Assembly: GCA_951406725.2 (NCBI GenBank)
Contig: OX597820.1
Span: 77,686,001-77,750,000, forward strand
Length of the DNA stretch: 64,000 nt
Direction of reading: 5' to 3'
Source: Octopus vulgaris
Taxonomy: Eukaryota
In this document: one piece after another, positions 54,303 to 64,000 of the stretch
Layout of the letters: the number at the start of each line of letters is the position of its first letter
How positions within the stretch are numbered: the stretch's first letter is position 1
Notes under the pieces: model-generated
What the model saw: only the letters and a program-made list of their open reading frames with translations
Told to the model about the DNA's origin: nothing
Database searches by the model: none
Translations under genes and position numbers: made by a program

Positions 54303-57300
54303 TAATATTAACTAATATATGTTGCACCTCATGGATTACATCATTTAAAATTCGTCAGTTGATGAAAATGTAGACACTCGTAACTCCGCAATTAAGAGAC
54401 GGGACTTAACTGTACTGATAACGACTAGAAACAGTACTTCAACACATATTTATCTCACGTGAAAAAGAATATATACTGCTATCACGATATTTATTTCGAA
54501 ATCATAAAAATTTCCAGCATTTACCATTATATTATTTTAAATCCGATGATGGGTATTCTATTAGTTATACAATTCATACCATACCATTGACACGAGAACA
54601 ACACGCATTTAAATTTGAAAATTGTAAGTTGAGAATGAAAGATTTAGAAGTCACAGAATCTCAGCCCAAATATCCTATTACATTTTAGCATCGCAGAAAA
54701 TGCATTATAGGTCTTTTCTCTGTTGGAATTCTATGTAATATTTCCATAACAAGTTTATCCATTATTTTTGTAAATTTAGATTTAAAATGTCCTTTTACAA
54801 GATAATATAACAACCAAAATGAATAGAGTTTATAGGTTTTGTCGAGTGACAACCGATTACGATTAAGCACAATATAACGTTTCGTATAAACAACGACATA
54901 AGGAATATGCTTACAGTCTATCTTATTGGTACAGAATTTGTTTACGCTTCACTCACACTAACCAGGGACTTACAAATTTCATATATGCGTGTATTTACAT
55001 CGTTCGTTAGTGAATAAGTATGTTGGTAGAGATATCGTTGAAGAGCGTTAAGAGCAAATCATTTTGCAGAATCTAACATCAAGACATATTGGCTAGAAAT
55101 GAAACAAGGAAACTAGTTCCCTTCATTACACAAAACTTGGTCTGTATTATAATTTTGACATGTACCACTCACCACATTATCACATCTTTTCCTCTCATAT
55201 TTGTATCCCATTCTTACACATCTACTTACATTCATTGTGTAGATTCTCATATTTCTAATTTACCGGATGAATTATGGAAGTCATGTCAAAATACTCCTTG
55301 GTACGCCATTTCTAAAGCCATTTATTTAAATACTTGCCATAGAATTTTGGCATGACGTATCCATTTCCACTAACAGACTATCACATCAAATTTATCAATG
55401 ATTGACACACCAACTTTATAATATATAAGCTATGGTTTGTATAGTATAAGGATGTCCTTGCGATTAGAGTGTCATTGTCTTATTAAATTGAGCGTAAACA
55501 TTTATGTGCTGTTAAACCAGTAAATATATGGCTAGCAATCACGCAGACAAATCGATATATATTTATCGTAATATACGGAAATCGTAAATGCCACTTAACA
55601 TCTTATCAACTTAGAATACATTTGGAAGAACGTATTTGGAAGTGTGTAATTATTCAGGATAGAGCTAGTGTGCTATATCAGCTTAGGAAACATTCGGAAG
55701 TATTGTTGTTATTGTACTTGCTGATGTTGTTTAAAGCTAGAATATCCTGATTGGGTATACCCGTGATCAGAAATGTTCTAGACATTATTGTCTCTTACCT
55801 TTTTAGTCATGATATAAAGAGGACCGGGCAGCAGGACAAAAGTTAACAAATATTTATTTGCTATTTCTAGCATGTCGAACGGCTGCCTTCCTCAGTAGCT
55901 GGTGGGATATGTGCACAGATATATAATACTTAGGTTATATTTGTCTTCATACTTTACTCAATTTCGTCTACAAGAGCGCAGGTGACAGGAAATTATCTTC
56001 TGTATGTTTCAGTCCAATGTCAGACATTGATATTCAATTCTGCCGAAGCTTTCATAAAAGAAATAATGAAAGAAAAACATAAAAATGTTTAAAGCTGGAA
56101 AAATAAACACTAAACGAATGTAAAACACATTCTCACTTGCAATGAAATCTTACAGTATACTATAATCAAAGGTTGTCTGGTGACATATGCTATTCATTTA
56201 CAGTAAAATGTCGAACAGTATAAAAGCACATACAATGAGAACAACACACATGTAAATATATAAACACGCACAATACAGACTATGTAAATATTACTGGAGA
56301 CACATTATTATGGAATATTAGATAAAATAATTCCCAAGATTGTTTTCTATCACAAATATATTTAGTCACATGAATAATTTTGATCGATTTATGGAACTAA
56401 AAGAGAGTTTCAAAATTGCAATATGTGTACAGTCATTTTGTATATGCTAAAATATGTTGAGTTTATTAATATATAATATTTCTATTATAGACAGGAAAAT
56501 AATACAATCGTTGATTAAAGCAACACATACAATCGCTTTTTTTTAATCATAGGATAGAGACTGTCTGGTATTTATCTTACATAATGGTTTATTTCAGCTT
56601 ACATTAATCTAGTAATAACCAAGTAACAAATTCTCATGCGAACAGTTGACATTTAATAGCCTATTGTGTTATCCTTCATTTCCGCCGAAATGCGTAGGGC
56701 GTGTTTTCATATTATTACACACTAATAATAAAATTTACTGTCAGTTTTAGGAAATAGAGAAAATTTTCGAATATATATTGATTCGATTAATGCTGTACAT
56801 CTTCCGTCAATGTTCATTCTATGTGTTGCAGTTGCTCCCTAAAACGGGATTTTTATGTTTCCAATTACAGCATAGGTTTCAACTGAACATATCTGATTCC
56901 CTTATGAATAGGCTTGTTCTGGGTTAGTTTCATTAACTTTGTCATCTATTTCTGTGTTTCAGAACACTTATTTAAAAATTATACCCATTCTTTGAAAAAA
57001 AAATAACATTCGGTTAGCCTAACAATGACGTTTGTCAGGTTATATTATTTGTTACTATCATATATCTCTTATATGTTATGTTTCGGTAATAAGACTACGG
57101 ACAGGCTGAAGCACAAGCTCCCAGAGTTTGTAGGAATTGAATGAATCAAGCCCAATGTTGTGCATTTTTGAAACCTGGTAGTTATTTTATCGGGCACTTG
57201 TGCCGAAACACTAAATAAAAGGGACGTAAATAAAGCAGCACCGGTTATCAGGCGGCATTTCGAGACAAAAGCACAAAGGCAAGCAAACTCACACACGTGG

Positions 57301-57994
57301 GCGCATATATATATATATAATACAAATATGGGACAAGAACGTAAAATATCAAGACAGATGATACAAAGAAAACAAGGACAGGTCATTCGGAGTTTCCTTT
57401 CCTCAGGCAAACTCCAGATTATCTTTGCAATTTCGGCTGATTATACTCGAGATTGCTCCAATCTGGCCAGCCCCAAGGAAAAACTAAGATAAGATCCCTA
57501 GATTCCTTGGAAGAAAGCAGCGAATGGATACGAAAACAAGGGGCGAAAAAACAAACGGAGAAATGGTACACAATACAAATAACAGGACATTAGCAACGAG
57601 AGAAGAGACAGAGGTAGAGGCAGAGGGATAGAAGAATGAAGGAGGGGCGAGAAAAAACTGAGAGGGACTCTGCCTCTATCTCACTCTCTTCTCTCCCCAC
57701 GTGACCGGTGACCAAGAAAGAAAACCTGACCATTCTTTCTTGGTCCGACTACCATCCGTGCAACATCTGTATTCCTCCTTGTGCCTGTCAAATCTGTACT
57801 TCCACACACGCCAGCAAAATTTAATTCGTCCTTAGTCGAAATACTCCATTGTTAATGCCATGTTATTAGTATTTGTGTACCATTTCTCTGTTTTTTCCCG
57901 TCCTTGTTTTCTTTGAATAGACTGTCTAGATGTTTTTTTCTCCTCCATTTTTGTATTTTTTGTATATAAGTATATAGCGATGTACGTACACTTT

Positions 57995-58045
<51 letters not shown>

Positions 58046-59689
58046 AGAGTTTACGCAAAAAACGCATGATATAACAGAAGAAAATTCCCCATACACTCAA
58101 GTTGCCATGTTATGGTAGTGAATCCGGAACCATGCGGTTACTACAAAGTCACGTCTGCGACCATATATGCAAGGTTTAGAGGAAAGAATCCCATAATACA
58201 CGGGGGTTTTACTTGAAAAAATACTATATTTGAACTCTGACATGTCGAAATATTTCGAAATAATTACATAATAAATCAAATTGTGTTTAAAAGAACACAT
58301 TAGAATGTAGCAACATAATAATAATATGCAAAATTCACGCAACAAATAAATATTCAGCTTACAGACAAAGCAGTAGTTATTCAGAAAAAATTCAATGAAA
58401 TATTTGCAATTATACCGTCATATTAATTTCCAAAATCATGTCGTGTCAACTTAAATAATTGCTGTGAACCCAGCGTGATTTAATATTTTCTGATAGGCAT
58501 CAAAATAATTTCAAATGTTTAATCAAAGATGCAGCAACAATCTGCTGTTTATGAATCATGGATTTTGCTTTTGTCAGTGTCTGCATTCATTGTGATTCTT
58601 AAAAGTTCTTGATTCTAAAAGTCACCTCTTACGCATTCAGTTGCTAACTGTAGCTATTACACAATACATAGGAAATCAATGTTTCACTGATTCAGTGCAC
58701 CAATATATGGCATCCTTAACTAAGTATTCGATCGAACGTAAACAGAAGGTTAACATTCGCTGGTTAGGAGGTTTACGATTTCCGAGAACGTATATCTTTG
58801 TATTTGACTTACAATTCTTTTTTTTATGAGTAACAGAATGTTCAATGAAAGAAGCTGTGACAAAGCTAGTCGACTGAAGCAGTGAAAATTATCCATGACT
58901 CGTCTGAAAGAACTCAATAAGTGAAGAGCCGAAATATATTCTCATAAATATTCTCGTATTCAGCTGTAATGTAGTAATGTAGCAACAACACTTTCAAATA
59001 TATGTTCTTCTTCATTAGATATCTACTGCCATACGTTATCAAAATTGCGGTTATAGGTAAGATTGTTCAATAATAACTTACAATAATTTTGTCTCAAGCT
59101 ATAAAATTTTAAAATATAGTCGTATAGATAATCCACGTAATAGTTTCCAAGCATTCAATAGTCGTCCCATACTAGTAAACCTTGTTTGTTACATTGGCCA
59201 TTTAGTTCAGTGTGCAACAGTATAAAAGACATAGTTGACATTTTCAATGTGTCTTTTATAATTGCACTGATTAAAAGAGCTGCATTTCTTCAGTTGTATA
59301 TATTCCGAAGTCTATACATTTTTGGCTATAGTAGTTTCATCAAGTTTCATTCATTTATTACAGATGGGTACTGTACTTAGCGACAGTGAATTTTTGGAGA
59401 TTCATTTGGACATTAAAAGAATCCACCGAATGCAAAAAAAGCAGTTGTACTTCATTTATGTCCAGGAGTGATAAGCAGCTAAACCAATGTTAAATATAAC
59501 TAAGACTGCGAATTTAATATAAGATTAAATACAATAACTAAATTTATCGAAACGAGGCATATCAGATATTTAGCGTCTTCAGGATTTTCGTTGAAATAAA
59601 TAATATTTTGGAAATGAAAAATGATATTAATTGCAAAAATCACATCATGCAAGTAAAATTGCGTTTATGACATTCAAAAGAGATTGATC

Positions 59690-59848
59690 GAGGCTGTGTA
59701 GGTACAGTGTTAAGACATTTTCTTCCCAACCACATGGGTCCGATTGCAGGCCCAGCATGACACCTTGGGCAAGTGCATTCTACAATAGATTCGGGCAAAC
59801 CAAAGTCTTGTAAGTAGATTTCATAGTCGAAAACTGAAAGAAGCCAGT

Positions 59849-59850
<2 letters not shown>
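59690..59850 (+). mobile_element. Family-A SINE head
   Basis: cttcccaaccacatgg..caccttgggcaagtgcattctac..aaactgaaagaagcc followed by (TA)n. Confidence 0.8.
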
Positions 59851-59909
<59 letters not shown>

Positions 59910-60214
59910 GTGTACAAAATAGTTACGCGAAAGACGTGACCTTTAACAGGATACCTTACATGCTAGAATGGGCCGTCAAATCCCAAACCACAAATAAAAG
60001 TAATTTCAAAGAAATGAAAATAAAAAATAATATTTTTGGAGTTACCCCCAGTCTCAAGTTTCTGTATCAATGAGCAAAATAGATTAATTTTCCATCGTAC
60101 TTCTCAGTTAAGGTGCTAAACTTAATGCATACATATGCATCAAGTAGTATCGAAGTGTGTACTACACACTTCTACATTTTAATATTCAAATCCACAATGT
60201 ATAAATACAATATG

Positions 60215-60265
<51 letters not shown>

Positions 60266-60317
60266 AATATTAGGGAATAAATCCAAACTTACAGGGAAAA
60301 ATCAGATTTTTATATAT

Positions 60318-60513
60318 TATATTAAATTAGAGATAAAACCACTGTTAGGCAAATCATACAATGAAAAACTTAAGCCAATACATAAGATTATTTAATTTAT
60401 ATTATTTAAATATATAACAAAATTATTAAAAAAATATAAATTAAATAATCTTATGTATTGGCTTAAGTTTTTCATTGTATGATTTGCCTAATAGTGGTTT
60501 TATCTCTAATTTA

Positions 60514-60518
<5 letters not shown>
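60318..60518. repeat. 86-bp near-perfect inverted repeat between (TA)n tracts
   Basis: Arms 60318-60403 and 60433-60518 with one mismatch. Related sequence at about 13055-13120. Confidence 0.9.
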
Positions 60519-60556
<38 letters not shown>

Positions 60557-60561
60557 TGTGC

Positions 60562-60594
<33 letters not shown>

Positions 60595-60670
60595 TATATA
60601 TATATATATAAGATGAGAAAATAGAGAGGTAGTTAATTCATTATTATTTATTAATTAAAAATTGGCAAAC

Positions 60671-60760
60671 ATCCATTACAGCTGTTTCAATTCAGACCCT
60701 CAGAAAATTTATTAATTATATTTAATACTATTTGAAAGTCGAATCTCTTCAGAGGTAGAT
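60671..60760 (-). ncRNA. Type I hammerhead ribozyme with a long loop II
   Basis: AUCUA-CC-U-CUGAAGA-GAUUC-(47 nt)-GAAUU-GAAAC-AGCU-GUA^AUGGAU: intact core, palindromic ACAGCUGU stem III, bulged stem I. Confidence 0.6.
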
Positions 60761-62472
60761 AAATATATTCAAAATACTTATTCAATTCCTGTATGTTGAG
60801 TAAACGGCTGCAAACTGTTAACTTCCAAAATTATACACAAAGAACATACAAACGGTAAAAGCCTTAGAAGAGGAATAACGTTGTGTATAATGGAGTTGTA
60901 AAACAATATATTGATGTGAAGTGTTAAGAATAAGAAAGTTCAAGTAGATATAATTGGTAAAAATGTCATATGATACAATTATGTCTATTCTTAATAAATC
61001 AATATGAAATTATGTAGAGTTTAATGTGTGTATAGTTACTAATATAAAATTAAGGTGGAATACATTCAGGCAATATATTACTTACTATAAATATCTAAAT
61101 AGTTAAAAGACCAATAATAATTTTAATGTTAAGGTACTTAAATTTACAAATAAAAGCATGAATAAAGTAAAGTAAATAAATCAAAATAGATAAAGAGAGA
61201 AAAATAGATAAATGAATAAAGAATTATAAATTATAAACTTTCACCCCTTGAAATTTATTATTGAGCTAGACTAATAAAGATAATGAACTATTGGACAAAA
61301 TTAAAATTTAAAGATTTCAGATGTGCAGCGTTCGTATAGTGAGATACCGAGGAAAATATGTTAAGTTTCTAATGTATGGAGATATGATAGATAACATAAG
61401 CAAAACTTGGATTTAAAGGGAATAAAAATATGCTAATAAAAGTGATAAGGGCTTCAATATGGGTGAATTCAACAAGTTAAATTAAAATTTATTAATAAAA
61501 GTATTTACATAGTTAGATATACAAATAGTTAAATATAAGCCCTCAAAACTGGAAGTAGGTATTCATATAGAGGTGAATGGCCAAAGAAAATCTAGGAATA
61601 AGCTAATTTAGGGACTTACCAAAGTGAAAACCGGTAGGACTAAATAATAGTTATTTACAGTGAGTTAGGAAATGGCTACAGGTTGCGTTCATATAATACA
61701 ATTAGTTTGATTTAGAGGGGAAGAGCTTACGAAAAACTAGGAACAAATTAAATTATGGACATACGCAAAATACGAACCGGTGAATGCAAAAACGATTTAA
61801 AAACTTTAAAATTATTAAACACATGAGATCAACATGCGTTTAAATAGGAGGATATACAAGAATTATAAAAGTTGCTAAATTGCCTACTTGGAGATTAGTA
61901 AAAGTACACTGTAATTATATTATGTATATTATGTATATGTAGGCGTAAACAGGACCAAATATAAAATTAACGGAAAACAGTCATTATTAATAAATTGAGC
62001 AAAGCAAGTAAATAAATTAGGCTAGAGAGAAAATGTGCATATTATATCTTCTTAGAGAGGTGTGCAAGGTATAAAGCAAAAAGTACTTCATTAAATAATA
62101 AGTTATGTGGATAAAATATTAAAACATTCTACCCAAAATAGGAAGAAAAAATAAAATAATTAATAAAATACTGGAAGAATAGGGAGAATAATGTATAATT
62201 TTATGGTAAGTAGTTATAAGAAAAACTGTTATTAAAGTTTATACATACGTACACACACACACACACACACACACACAAATATATATATATATATATTATA
62301 TATGATGGAGATAGCGCCAAATATAGTTTAAATGGAATAGTTAATCAGAAAATAATGAAAAGTTAGTTGTAAGAATTTAGTTATGAATATATAAAATCCA
62401 CGTAGTAATTAATAAATATAATAATGGATCAATAAAGCATTATGAGATAGGTGCAAGATATACAGTAAACGT

Positions 62473-64000
62473 CAGGGTTGCGAATTTAGCATAATTTATA
62501 TAAAAGATCTAGTATTTTTATTTTTTCAGCATTTAGCAAGGAAAATAGGTTTAAAATTTCATTTAGCATGTTTTTTAGCATTTTTGTCTGATCATAATAT
62601 TTCCACAATAGTTACCCTTTTTCCTCTTTTTCCTTCTTATCTACTTTCGTTAATGTATCTTATAGATAAAATTTAAGTCCTCTCCGCTATCGTTGAATTT
62701 GTCTTTCACTTTCTTGAAACTTCAAATGAAAGCTTATCAAAAGGAAGTTTATCAAGTATGAACTTCTCTAGCCCCACTCAAATCTGCTTGGATACAGAGT
62801 GGTGTGGGTGGGAGAAGATAATTCATGTCAGCACCTGAACTCACTACATAATAATGTAAATATGTTGCAAAGAACGAGAGCATGGAAATTCGCCCTTACA
62901 ATGCTTTATTCTGTAGTTATGAGTCTTTATCATGACAGGTTGATTGACTTACATTCAGTTCGACTGTTTTAAAATAGGCCTGTGTTTTTTAATGCTTGTT
63001 TTCGATTAAATATATTGTATAGAAGTACGGCGGCGGCAGAGTCTCCTCCTTTATATTTCACTTACTTATGTTTTCGAGTATTGTAATTATATTTGTGGTT
63101 TTACCAATAGATATTAAATGTTAGATTGGAAGCGAAATATGATGTTCCCAGGCTTATATGAAAACACAGTTTTCTAATGCATATTCCAGATATTGCAGAT
63201 GTAACGTGTTGACAAAATATTCTCTTTTAGTAAGCCACTGTGAAGCAAAGAAACATAAGGTATCAACTCCACAGAAAATGATACCTCTTACCAATTTTAT
63301 TAAAACCAAAAATGATAAGGCATCTATTGCTTGAAGCAAAGGTAGCAATATTTATTTGTTGCTACTCATAATTTAATAACTGTGATCACTTAATAGAGTT
63401 ATGTAAGAATTATATGTCTGATAGAGATATTATATCCAAAGTAATGTTGCATCGTACAAAATGTGCAAATATTGTGAGAAATGTTTTAGCTCCATATTTT
63501 GATGGAGATTTGATTTCTGATATTGGAGATAGAAAAGTTAGCTTGTTATTACATGAATCCAATGATATATCGATAAAAAAGACGTTAGTAATTGTTATCA
63601 TATATTATAGTGACACTCACAAAAACTTGAATTAGTGAAAAAGAAATTAGATACAAAATATTTGCAGGCTCTAGGAACCAATATTGCTACAGTAATAATA
63701 GGAGTCAACAATAGTATTTTCCAGAAATTAAAAGAAGTTCCATCATTACTTCTATGTAGATGCGTATGTCATTCTTTACAGTTGATACTATCCCTTATCT
63801 GTGCTGAATGCTTGCCCATAAATTTGGGATTTCTAGTATCCGAAACCTATAAACGGTGCTCCCTTTCTTCAACAAGAAAAGTACCCACAAACAATTTTAC
63901 CTTCCTATTAATGATAAAGAGCCTTTGAAGATCGTAAATTCTTGCGCAACTGGGTGGCTGTCAATAGAGCCAGTAGGAAATAGAATTTTAAGCCAATGCT
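62473..64000 (+). mobile_element. Decayed hAT-superfamily transposon running off the window end
   Basis: LHRTKCANIVRNVLAPYF..DIGDRKVSLLLHESNDIS, LQALGTNIATVIIGVNN and RCVCHSLQL (CxxH). Catalytic Asp positions are mutated. Candidate left terminus CAGGGTTGC at 62473. Confidence 0.8.

Overview
AT-rich, repeat-dense animal genomic DNA, most likely intronic or intergenic. The SINE families and (TA)n/(TAA)n/(GATA)n density look like a coleoid cephalopod such as Octopus (inference). I recognise no intact host protein-coding gene, and most ORFs in the track are microsatellite translations. Recognisable fossils are a Chapaev3-type transposase, an RTE-like LINE, an R4/Dong-type restriction-like endonuclease tail, two DD37D (maT) Tc1/mariner fragments, an internally deleted TIR transposon (possibly CMC-type), a hAT fragment, a complete non-autonomous Helitron and several tRNA-derived SINE families. 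The most interesting signal is a set of small non-coding elements that sit in microsatellites, carry minimal type I hammerhead ribozyme (HHR) motifs and often show a head-to-head inverted architecture like Penelope-like elements (PLEs). It includes a 560-bp HHR tandem repeat that could yield a circular RNA (retrozyme-like), a tRNA-headed SINE whose tail reconstructs to an HHR, and an HHR family with U at core position 6. Ribozyme folds were made by eye, and activity is untested.
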